DNA of 48,448 bases from an uncultured Candidatus Saccharibacteria bacterium. GTDB lineage: Bacteria; Patescibacteriota; Minisyncoccia; Phycocordibacterales; UBA9973. Every line of letters begins with the position of its first letter. Position 1 is the stretch's first letter. The stretch is taken from NCBI GenBank assembly GCA_964446475.1, contig CAYUOT010000001.1, positions 1 to 48,448 on the forward strand, written 5' to 3'. The position numbers and the translations under genes were made by a program. Below are positions 25,359 through 32,982 of the stretch, one piece after another. The notes beneath the pieces were generated by a model. It worked only from the letters and a program-made list of their open reading frames with translations, was not told the DNA's origin and ran no database searches.

Positions 25359-27560
25359 ATGAAATTATTAATTGTTGAGTCACCATCAAAAGCAAAAACA
25401 ATCGAGAAATATTTAGACGGCGCCTACACTGTGCGTGCGTCTGTTGGACATATCCGTGACTTACCAAAATCAAACAAAGATGCAATAGATATAAAAGGAG
25501 GATTTATCCCTCATTATGAAATTTCAAAAGGCAAAGAAAAGGTTGTTCATGATTTGAAAGCTCTCGGAGAAAAAGCAAATGAGATAATGCTTGCAACTGA
25601 CCCGGACCGTGAAGGAGAAGCTATCTCTTGGCATTTGAAAGAACTATTAGATGCAGATAAGAAAATCAAAGCTCCTATTAAAAGAGTAACCTTTCATGAA
25701 ATTACAAAAGAAGCAGTAGAAGAGGCCTTAAAAAATCCTCGTGATATAGATCAGGATTTGGTAAAAGCTCAAGAAGCAAGGCGTGTGCTTGATAGACTTG
25801 TAGGCTATGATCTCTCTGGAATTATCTGGAAGAAAGTTCGCTATGGTTTATCCGCCGGGCGAGTCCAATCCCCCGCTCTACGAATCATAATGGAAAGAGA
25901 AAGAGAAATCCGTGCATTTACACCTCTGCAATACTGGGAACTTTCTGGATTATTTGAAACTAATAAAAAAGATAGAATAAATTTATCTTGCATAGAGGAG
26001 CCTCGAGATGAAAAAGTTGTAAATAAAATACTAGAATTAGGAAGAAAAGAAAAGTGGCTTGTAAAAGATTTGAAAGCGAGTGAACAGAAGAGACAACCTC
26101 GTGCTCCATTCACTACTTCTACTCTTCAACAGACTGCGAGTACTCGTCTAGGATTTTCACCTTCACGTACTATGGGGGTGGCTCAGAAGCTTTATGAAGC
26201 AGGTCACATAACTTACATGCGTACAGATAGCACGAACTTAAGTATAGTTGCTCAGAATCAAATACTCGCTTTGGTAGAAAAGAAATATGGAAAAGAATAT
26301 GTACAATCACATGTATATAAAGCAAAATCTAAAAATGCTCAAGAAGCCCACGAAGCGATAAGGCCAACACATATAGAACAAACTCATGCGGGAATGAATG
26401 ATGAACAAAAAAATCTTTATCAACTTATTTGGGAAAGAGTTGTTTCTTCTCAAATGGCTGATGCTAAACTTCTTAAAACAAAAATAACTGCAAATATAGA
26501 GAAAGGAGAAATTCCAGACTTTACTGCCAATGGCTCACGAGTGTTATTTCCTGGTTGGCTTGTATGTGACACAGGAGCTAGAGGAGAAGATATAGAGCTT
26601 CCTGAAGTAAAAATTGGTGATGATCTTAAACTTATAGAATTAGAAAGCAAAGAAAAATTTACTGAGCCTCCAAACCGCTACACAGAAGCAGGACTTATAA
26701 AAGAGCTTGAGTCCCGAGACATCGGTCGCCCTTCTACTTATGCATCCATAATGAAAACTATTGAGGATAGGGGTTATGTCCGCAAAGATGGCAAAACCCT
26801 TTTCCCTACTGATACTGGAGATGTTGTTTCTTCATTTCTTGAAAATAATCTAGGAAATTATATAAGTGACACTTTTACGGCAGAAATGGAAGATGAGCTC
26901 GATGACATCTCAAATGGGAAAAGAGAATATTCAAAAACATTAAATGATTTTTATATTCCGTTCCAAAAAGAAATAAAAGAGAAAGACAAACTTGCAAAAG
27001 CTACAAATATGGGAGAAGCACCTAGAGATATAACATGTCCTAAATGTGATTCAAGTATGATAGTAAAACTCTCAAAAGGTGGTAAGTTTTATTCATGTAG
27101 TAAATATCCAGACTGCGAGGGAGCAAGAACAATAGAGGGTAAAGAACTTGAAGGACCAAAAGAAACTGGAGAAATATGCCCTGCTTGTGGAGATAAAAAG
27201 GGCAAAAACGGAGGAGGTAAACTTGTAATCCGAGAAGGAAGATTTGGGAGTTTTATTTCTTGCTCAAGATACCCAAAATGTAAATTTATTAAACAAGACG
27301 AAGAAGAACTAAAAAAGAAAATGACAGATATCACATGTCCGACATGTGGAAAAGGTAAAATGATGGAACGCAGGGGGCGTTTTGGAATATTTTATTCATG
27401 TAGCAATTACCCAGATTGTAAAAACGCCATAAAAGCAAAACCAACAGGAAATATTTGTGAAATGTGTCGAGCTCTTATGATGAATGGCACAAAAACAATA
27501 CCAGAGAGATGTAGTAATAATAAATGCCCAAATCATAGACCAGATAAATTAAAGAAGTAA
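25359..27560 (+). CDS. topA: DNA topoisomerase I with four C-terminal Zn-ribbon (C4) repeats
   Basis: MKLLIVESPSKAK TOPRIM, the active-site region ITYMRTDS, and four CPxC...CxxC modules. The track start (TTG 25347) is probably four codons too early. Confidence 0.95.
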   Translation: MKLLIVESPSKAKTIEKYLDGAYTVRASVGHIRDLPKSNKDAIDIKGGFIPHYEISKGKEKVVHDLKALGEKANEIMLATDPDREGEAISWHLKELLDADKKIKAPIKRVTFHEITKEAVEEALKNPRDIDQDLVKAQEARRVLDRLVGYDLSGIIWKKVRYGLSAGRVQSPALRIIMEREREIRAFTPLQYWELSGLFETNKKDRINLSCIEEPRDEKVVNKILELGRKEKWLVKDLKASEQKRQPRAPFTTSTLQQTASTRLGFSPSRTMGVAQKLYEAGHITYMRTDSTNLSIVAQNQILALVEKKYGKEYVQSHVYKAKSKNAQEAHEAIRPTHIEQTHAGMNDEQKNLYQLIWERVVSSQMADAKLLKTKITANIEKGEIPDFTANGSRVLFPGWLVCDTGARGEDIELPEVKIGDDLKLIELESKEKFTEPPNRYTEAGLIKELESRDIGRPSTYASIMKTIEDRGYVRKDGKTLFPTDTGDVVSSFLENNLGNYISDTFTAEMEDELDDISNGKREYSKTLNDFYIPFQKEIKEKDKLAKATNMGEAPRDITCPKCDSSMIVKLSKGGKFYSCSKYPDCEGARTIEGKELEGPKETGEICPACGDKKGKNGGGKLVIREGRFGSFISCSRYPKCKFIKQDEEELKKKMTDITCPTCGKGKMMERRGRFGIFYSCSNYPDCKNAIKAKPTGNICEMCRALMMNGTKTIPERCSNNKCPNHRPDKLKK

Positions 27561-27606
27561 GATATAAAAAGAACTCTAAGGATAGAGTTCTTTTGTTTTT
27601 GTGAGA
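27490..27606. repeat. direct repeat copy 1: last 71 nt of the topA CDS, terminator and GTGAGA
   Basis: 117 nt, identical to 27666-27782 except G27561 versus A27737. Period 176 nt. Confidence 0.95.
27566..27600 (+). terminator. topA intrinsic terminator (second copy at 27742-27776)
   Basis: AGAACTCT-AAGGAT-AGAGTTCT hairpin followed by TTTTGTTTTT. Confidence 0.8.
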
Positions 27607-27673
27607 CGGAGGCTGACGAGCCGAGTCGGGGTCGCACAAATTTTCAGCAGAAAATTATGTGTGACCAAAAACA
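27594..27673 (+). repeat. structured intergenic element, short copy B
   Basis: Closing helix TGTTTTTG/CAAAAACA. Order: GTGAGACGGA, hairpin GGCT-GACG-AGCC, GAG, helix GTCGCAC/GTGTGAC bracketing hairpin AATTTTC-AGCA-GAAAATT. The 3' end is ATGTGTGAC. Confidence 0.75.
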
Positions 27674-27782
27674 ATACCAGAGAGATGTAGTAATAATAAA
27701 TGCCCAAATCATAGACCAGATAAATTAAAGAAGTAAAATATAAAAAGAACTCTAAGGATAGAGTTCTTTTGTTTTTGTGAGA
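27666..27782. repeat. direct repeat copy 2 (orphan topA 3' fragment plus second terminator)
   Basis: See 27490-27606. Confidence 0.95.
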
Positions 27783-27817
27783 ATTGTCAAAATTTGTAAA
27801 ATTTTTATTTTTTATTA

Positions 27818-27829
27818 TATAATAAAAAA
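27818..27829 (+). promoter_or_regulatory. -10 element 6 nt upstream of the ATG (leaderless-type)
   Basis: TATAAT (27818-27823), 6 nt, ATG 27830. Confidence 0.5.
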
Positions 27830-29287
27830 ATGAACACAAACCTTTCAAAAATATATTCTGTGATGAAAGATGTAAATAAAGATGATAAAGCATTAATAGA
27901 AAAAGCTTATCATTTTGTAGAAAAAGCTCACAGTAAACAAGACAGAAAAAGTGGAGAACCATATTTTAACCATGTTTTTGCTACAGCTTTTAATCTTGCT
28001 GAATTGGGTATGAGTCCAATAGTTATATGTGCTGGTTTTTTGCACGATGTCTTGGAAGACACAACAATTACAGAAGAAGAATTGCAAAAAGAATTCGGTA
28101 GTGAAATAACATCACTTGTAAAAGGAGTAACCAAACTAGGAACAGTTAAATACAAAGGAATTGAAAGAAATGTTGAAAATTTAAGAAAATTCTTTGTTTC
28201 AATGGCAGAAGATTTAAGAGTTTTAGTAATAAAACTTGCAGATAGATTACACAACATAGAAACTTTAGAATATGTTAGACCAGACAAACAAAAAAGGATT
28301 GCCTTAGAAACATTGGAAGTCTATTCCCCACTGGCAAACAGACTTTCTATGGGTAAGATAAAAGGTAGATTAGAAGATGCTGCTTTTAAATTTGCATACT
28401 CCAAAGAGTATATTGAAGTTAGTAAACTATTAGAAGAGAAAAAAGATGCAAAATTAAAATATCTTTTAGAAGTTAATGATATTCTAGACAAAGAATTAAA
28501 AGAAGCTCATATAAAAAAATACACAATAAACTATCGTCAAAAACACTTATATTCTTTGTGGCTTAAATTAAAAAAATACGATATGGATATCGGTAAGATT
28601 TACGATATTATAGCTATGAGAGTTATAGTCTCATCGATTGCAGAATGTTATCATGTACTAGGAATAATACACGGAAAATGGACACCTCTGCCAAATAGAA
28701 TAAAAGACTATATTGCAACACCTAAAGCAAATGGATACCGAAGTATTCACACAACAATATTTACAGGGACAGGAGGAATTGTAGAAATACAAATAAGAAC
28801 AAAAGAAATGGACGATCAAGCGGAAAATGGTATTGCCGCTCACTTTGCTTATAAAGAAAAGAAAATTGAAGATAAACAACTAAATTGGGTAAAAGAATTA
28901 AGAGAATTAAATTTAGAAGAAAAAGATAAACCTGAAAAATTTTTGGAAACAATAAAAATTAATTTTTTTAAAAACCGAGTTTTTATATTCACCCCTATGG
29001 GAGATATTATAGACTTACCAGAAGGATCTTCTGTAATAGATTTTGCCTATGCAATTCATACAGATATTGGATACCATACACAAGGAGCTCTTGTAAACGG
29101 TAAAAATGTAGCGTTAAATACAAAATTAAAAACTCATGATATTGTAGAAATACAAACAAATAAAAATGCGAAGCCTTCATCAAAATGGCTCGATTTTGCC
29201 AAGACATCTTTAGCAAAAAGAGAAATAAATTCATATTTAAAGGAAAATTCTCTCCTATCTAAATTTCTAACATTTGGAAAAAATTAA
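27830..29287 (+). CDS. rel: RelA/SpoT-family (p)ppGpp synthetase/hydrolase, short form (HD, synthetase and TGS domains)
   Basis: HD motif (HDVLEDT), synthetase region (YRSIHTTI, VEIQIRT), TGS (IFTPMGDIIDLPEGSSVIDFAYAIH). Ends soon after TGS. Confidence 0.9.
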   Translation: MNTNLSKIYSVMKDVNKDDKALIEKAYHFVEKAHSKQDRKSGEPYFNHVFATAFNLAELGMSPIVICAGFLHDVLEDTTITEEELQKEFGSEITSLVKGVTKLGTVKYKGIERNVENLRKFFVSMAEDLRVLVIKLADRLHNIETLEYVRPDKQKRIALETLEVYSPLANRLSMGKIKGRLEDAAFKFAYSKEYIEVSKLLEEKKDAKLKYLLEVNDILDKELKEAHIKKYTINYRQKHLYSLWLKLKKYDMDIGKIYDIIAMRVIVSSIAECYHVLGIIHGKWTPLPNRIKDYIATPKANGYRSIHTTIFTGTGGIVEIQIRTKEMDDQAENGIAAHFAYKEKKIEDKQLNWVKELRELNLEEKDKPEKFLETIKINFFKNRVFIFTPMGDIIDLPEGSSVIDFAYAIHTDIGYHTQGALVNGKNVALNTKLKTHDIVEIQTNKNAKPSSKWLDFAKTSLAKREINSYLKENSLLSKFLTFGKN

Positions 29288-29293
29288 CAGAAC

Positions 29294-29325
29294 AAAAAGC
29301 TAGATTTTCCATCTAGCTTTTTGTT
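29294..29325. terminator. bidirectional terminator
   Basis: AGCTAGAT-TTTCC-ATCTAGCT hairpin flanked by A5 and T4. Confidence 0.75.
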
Positions 29326-30332
29326 TAAATTGAAAAATTATTTATATTATATAAATCATTTTCTGTTTCATTTTTTTCTTCTTCTGATCGGTCATCCATT
29401 AAATCGACATCATCGACTACACCTTCTTCTTTATCTATTAATTTTAAATTCATTCCGCCTTGAGATTCTATATATTTATCTAACATTTCAGTTTTTCCTC
29501 CACCTTTCTCTCTCTTTTCTTTTATCATCCCTAAAATTGTATGTAAGTCATCATTAGTAAAGAAATCTATGGTTATCTGCCCTCCGTTTTCTTTTTTCTC
29601 AATATGGACTCGAGTACCTAGTGTTTCTTGTAATTTTTCTTCCATTTCTGCAATTTCAGGGTCTACAATATACTCCTTTTTCCTAACTTTATCATAAGCT
29701 ATTCTTCGAGCAATTCTCTCTGCTTCTCTAACAGTTATTTTTTTAAAAACAATCTCCTTAAACAAAACCATTTGCTCTTCTGGTCTATCTGAAAGCATAA
29801 GTATTGGGCGAGTATGACCTTCACTAATTTTACCTTCAGAAAGACTATCTAATACTTCTTGTGGAAGAGCCAAAAGTCTCAAGGTGTTTGAAACATATTC
29901 ACGACTCTTGCCCACCTTTTGTCCTATTTGGCCATGAGTAAATTTAAACTCTTCTGCTAATCTCATAAAAGCCCTTGCTCTCTCCACAGGATTTAAATCT
30001 TCTCTTTGTAAGTTCTCGATGATAGCAAGCTCAAGTTTTGCCATATTGTCATCTCCAACACGAATAACTACAGGAACCTGAGCAAGACCAGCAAGCTTTG
30101 AAGCTCTAAGTCTTCTTTCTCCAGCAATAAGCTCATATTCTACGGTCATACCCTCATCTCCAACCTTTTCTATTCGAGAAACAGTAAGAGGTTGAAGTAT
30201 CCCATACTGACGAATTGAATCTGCTAAATCCTTCAAACGAGCTTCATCGAATTCTCGACGAGGCTGAAAAGGATTTGGATTAATTTTATCTACATCTACC
30301 CAAAATATTGAATTACTATAAAGTTGTGCCAT
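29325..30332 (-). CDS. parB: ParB/Spo0J partition protein with an acidic C-terminal extension
   Basis: NPFQPRREF, GILQPL, AGERRLRA and an HTH region. There is no parA on either side. Confidence 0.9.
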   Translation of the reverse strand: MAQLYSNSIFWVDVDKINPNPFQPRREFDEARLKDLADSIRQYGILQPLTVSRIEKVGDEGMTVEYELIAGERRLRASKLAGLAQVPVVIRVGDDNMAKLELAIIENLQREDLNPVERARAFMRLAEEFKFTHGQIGQKVGKSREYVSNTLRLLALPQEVLDSLSEGKISEGHTRPILMLSDRPEEQMVLFKEIVFKKITVREAERIARRIAYDKVRKKEYIVDPEIAEMEEKLQETLGTRVHIEKKENGGQITIDFFTNDDLHTILGMIKEKREKGGGKTEMLDKYIESQGGMNLKLIDKEEGVVDDVDLMDDRSEEEKNETENDLYNINNFSI

Positions 30333-30347
30333 GAACTTATTTTATCA
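30333..30347 (-). promoter_or_regulatory. extended -10 element 6 nt upstream of the ATG (leaderless-type)
   Basis: Minus strand: TGaTAAAAT (30347-30339), 6 nt, ATG (30332). Confidence 0.55.
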
Positions 30348-30369
30348 TATTTAATAAAATTAGTAAGTG

Positions 30370-30398
30370 TTGAAAAAAATATAAATATAATATATACT
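30370..30398 (+). promoter_or_regulatory. promoter of tRNA-Tyr
   Basis: TTGAAA (30370-30375), 17 nt, TATACT (30393-30398), 8 nt upstream of the tRNA 5' end. Confidence 0.65.
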
Positions 30399-30406
30399 AT
30401 TCTTAT

Positions 30407-30492
30407 GCGTCGGTGGCAGAGTGGTCAATTGCAACTGACTGTAAATCAGTCGCCTTCGGGCTACGTAAGTTCGAATCTTACCCGGCGCACCA
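30407..30492 (+). tRNA. tRNA-Tyr (anticodon GTA), long variable arm, CCA encoded
   Basis: Acceptor GCGTCGG/CCGGCGC, anticodon loop CTGTAAA, T arm GTAAG-TTCGAAT-CTTAC, 3' ACCA. Confidence 0.92.
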
Positions 30493-30494
30493 TA

Positions 30495-30529
30495 AAATAA
30501 AACATCTCAAAATGAGATGTTTTATTTTT
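30495..30529 (+). terminator. terminator after tRNA-Tyr
   Basis: AAACATCTCA/TGAGATGTTT hairpin followed by a T-rich run. Confidence 0.7.
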
Positions 30530-30570
30530 ATCCTTGATTTTTGTTATGAAATAAGAGATACTCATCATAT

Positions 30571-31500
30571 ATGTGGTTAAATTTATTAATACTTGGTGGA
30601 TCATTATTTTTATTAATCAAAGGGGCAACGCTTGCTACTAAATACGCAGCCGGAATTGCTAAAAGTTTTCGTTTATCAAAATATGTAGTCGGTTTTATAA
30701 TAGTAGCTGTAATTTCAGTTTTACCAGAGGCTCTTGTTTCTATGAATTCGGCAATAAATGGAACACCAGAATTTGGACTGGGTACACTTTTTGGCTCCAA
30801 TGTTGCTGACTTAACATTAGTATTTTTTATTATTGTTTATATATCGGGGAGAGGAATAAAAGTAGAAAGTAAAATACTAAAAAATAATATAATATATCCA
30901 TTTATTCTTCTTATTCCAATAATTCTTGGAATGGACGGATTTTACTCTAGAGTTGAAGGTGTCGGTCTTTTATTAATTGGTTCTATTTTTTATTTTCTAG
31001 CAATAAGAGGAGGAATGGCAGAAGAAGCAGAAATGGAAGTTGATAAAAAAGATAAACAAAAGAATATAGCATTTTTGCTTTTAAGTATGCTTATACTTCT
31101 AGTAGGCGCCCACTTTGCAGTTGATTCTGCAACAAAACTAGCTGAAGGTGTAGGAATAAATATGATACTTTTTGGAATGTTTACTATAGGATTAGGAACA
31201 ACAATACCAGAACTATTATTTTCATTAAAATCAATCCAGAAAGATGACGACTCTCTTGCTGTTGGAGATATATTAGGTACTGTATTAGCAGACGGAACAA
31301 TTATAGTTGGAATATTGGCAATAATATCTCCATTTTCTTTTCCTGTAAAAATAGTTTATGTAACTGGAGTATTTATGGTTATTGCTTCATTTTTACTATT
31401 TTATTTTATGAGATCAGGCAAAACTTTAACAAAAAAAGAGGCATTCCTTTTACTAGTTTTCTGGGTTTTATTTGCTCTCGTAGAGATATCTTTTAATTAA
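30571..31500 (+). CDS. Ca2+/Na+ antiporter (CaCA family, YrbG-like)
   Basis: Two alpha-repeat regions (PEALVSMNSAINGTPEFGLGTLFGSNVAD and PELLFSLKSIQKDDDSLAVGDILGTVLAD). Confidence 0.85.
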   Translation: MWLNLLILGGSLFLLIKGATLATKYAAGIAKSFRLSKYVVGFIIVAVISVLPEALVSMNSAINGTPEFGLGTLFGSNVADLTLVFFIIVYISGRGIKVESKILKNNIIYPFILLIPIILGMDGFYSRVEGVGLLLIGSIFYFLAIRGGMAEEAEMEVDKKDKQKNIAFLLLSMLILLVGAHFAVDSATKLAEGVGINMILFGMFTIGLGTTIPELLFSLKSIQKDDDSLAVGDILGTVLADGTIIVGILAIISPFSFPVKIVYVTGVFMVIASFLLFYFMRSGKTLTKKEAFLLLVFWVLFALVEISFN

Positions 31501-31504
31501 AAAT

Positions 31505-31541
31505 AAAAAGCTTCCCCAAAAAAAGGGGAAGCTTTTATTTT
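31505..31541. terminator. bidirectional terminator
   Basis: AAGCTTCCCC-A7-GGGGAAGCTT hairpin. Confidence 0.8.
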
Positions 31542-31549
31542 TAATTAAA

Positions 31550-32881
31550 TTACAATAAATCTGAAGCTAATTCAGCCAAATAAGATCTTTCTCCTTTGGT
31601 TAAATTTATATGGGCAAAGATTTTTTGACCTCTCATCCTGTCTGTCATATAAGACAAACCATTCGAAAACTGGTCAAGATACGGTGAGTCAATCTGATTA
31701 ATATCTCCAGTAAAAACAAGTTTTGTTCCTTCTCCTGCACGAGTAATAATTGTCTTGACTTCGTGTGGAGTAAGATTTTGTGCTTCATCAATGATAAAAA
31801 AAGTATTGGAAAGACTACGACCCCTAATATACGCAAGCGCGGTAATTACAAGTTTGTCATTCTTTTCCATTTCATCAACAAAAGTATAATCTTTACTTCT
31901 TGGGTTAAAACCACTTTTAATAACAGCAAGGTTATCAAAGAGTGGTTGCATGTAAGGCCTAATCTTTTCATCAGCATCTCCTGGCAAAAAACCAATATCT
32001 TTATTGCTTAAAGATACAATAGGCCTCGCCAATAAAACTTGTGAATAAGATCCATTTTTAAACTGCTCTAAAGCTGCAGCCAGAGAGAGTAAAGTCTTAC
32101 CTGTCCCAGCCTTACCTGTAGCAGAAATGAGTGAAATCTCAGGGTCAAGTAATGCATCCATCAAAAAAGTTTGCTCTGAGTTTAAAGGCTTTATTCCATA
32201 AGAATTTTTCTTTTCTACCCTTTTAAAAAAATTATCAGATGAATATCTAGCCAAAGCAGATTTTTCAGCAGATAAAATAAAATACTGATTTACAAGAGGT
32301 TTTTCAGTTACTCCAGAATCAATAAAACTCAGAGAATTGTCTTTGTAAAGAGAATCGATAGCAGACAAGCTAATCATCTCTTTACCAACACTCCTAGAAA
32401 AAATATTGACATCGATAACTTTGTCATTCTTGTAATCTTCAACACTAATCCCTAACGATTTACCTTTCATTCGAAGATTAATATCTTTTGTTACAAGAAC
32501 AACCTCCAGTTCTGGGTTTTGATTTTTACAATGCTCTGCCACCGATAATATTCGATGATCTGGAGTATCATCTGTAAAAGATTTTTTAATCTTTTCTGAA
32601 ATAGATATTCCACTTACAATCTTTAAAATGCCTTTCCCTTTCCCAAGAGATATACCCTTGTCATCAACATCTTTCCCTTCTGTAATCTCATCAAGCAGTC
32701 GAACAAATTCTCTTGCTTGATAATTAATCGTATCATTGCCTTTTTTGAATTTGTCTAACTCCTCCAATACAATAATCGGAAGATTTACATCATTCTCTTC
32801 AAACGACAAAATAGACTTGTGATCATGTAAAATCACATTTGTGTCAATGACAAAAATCTTTTTTTTCTCTTTCCTTGCCAT
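31550..32881 (-). CDS. PIN-domain plus PhoH-like ATPase (YlaK-type)
   Basis: N-terminal PIN (FVIDTNVILHD), C-terminal PhoH (GKAGTGKT, IIDEAQN). Confidence 0.9.
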   Translation of the reverse strand: MARKEKKKIFVIDTNVILHDHKSILSFEENDVNLPIIVLEELDKFKKGNDTINYQAREFVRLLDEITEGKDVDDKGISLGKGKGILKIVSGISISEKIKKSFTDDTPDHRILSVAEHCKNQNPELEVVLVTKDINLRMKGKSLGISVEDYKNDKVIDVNIFSRSVGKEMISLSAIDSLYKDNSLSFIDSGVTEKPLVNQYFILSAEKSALARYSSDNFFKRVEKKNSYGIKPLNSEQTFLMDALLDPEISLISATGKAGTGKTLLSLAAALEQFKNGSYSQVLLARPIVSLSNKDIGFLPGDADEKIRPYMQPLFDNLAVIKSGFNPRSKDYTFVDEMEKNDKLVITALAYIRGRSLSNTFFIIDEAQNLTPHEVKTIITRAGEGTKLVFTGDINQIDSPYLDQFSNGLSYMTDRMRGQKIFAHINLTKGERSYLAELASDLL

Positions 32882-32950
32882 AATATTCAGTTTTTAATTA
32901 ATACTCTATTTTTGTTTATTATATTATGATTTTTAAATTTTGTCAATTTT

Positions 32951-32972
32951 AAAAGCCTCATCTGAGGCTTTT
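32951..32972 (-). terminator. terminator of clpB
   Basis: AAAAGCCTCA/TGAGGCTTTT hairpin. Confidence 0.65.
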
Positions 32973-32982
32973 AAAATTTTAC

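Noticed and set aside
27618-27637. Group II intron domain V (GAGCCG...GUCGCAC resembles GAGCCGUAU...GUCGCAC of known domain V sequences)
   Set aside because: No downstream strand (..CGGYUC) is available to pair with GAGCCG, so the 34-nt domain V hairpin cannot form. I treat the similarity as coincidental.
27613-27640. Hammerhead ribozyme reading of CUGACGAG in element copies B and C (also 21921-21945)
   Set aside because: CUGANGA is present, but the following segment does not form a helix II closed by G10.1-C11.1. Copy B has no GAA after it. In copy C the GAA is followed by a U rather than the conserved A15.1. The motif is better explained as the hairpin GGCU-GACG-AGCC.
27490-27782. Diversity-generating retroelement (variable repeat at the topA 3' end, template repeat downstream)
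   Set aside because: The two repeats are identical in the coding part, and the single G/A difference lies after the stop codon. There is no adenine-specific mutation pattern and no reverse transcriptase or accessory gene nearby.
27576-27962. ORF 27576-27962 (minus strand, 128 aa)
   Set aside because: It spans the element, the second topA repeat, the rel promoter and the rel start on the opposite strand, and its sequence is low complexity.
29886-29900. parS-like palindrome TGTTTGAAACA inside parB
   Set aside because: It is not a true palindrome at the centre and lacks the CACGTG core of parS (TGTTNCACGTGAAACA).
30528-30800. ORF 30528-30800 (minus strand, 90 aa)
   Set aside because: It lies antisense to the well-supported CaCA antiporter gene and begins inside it.
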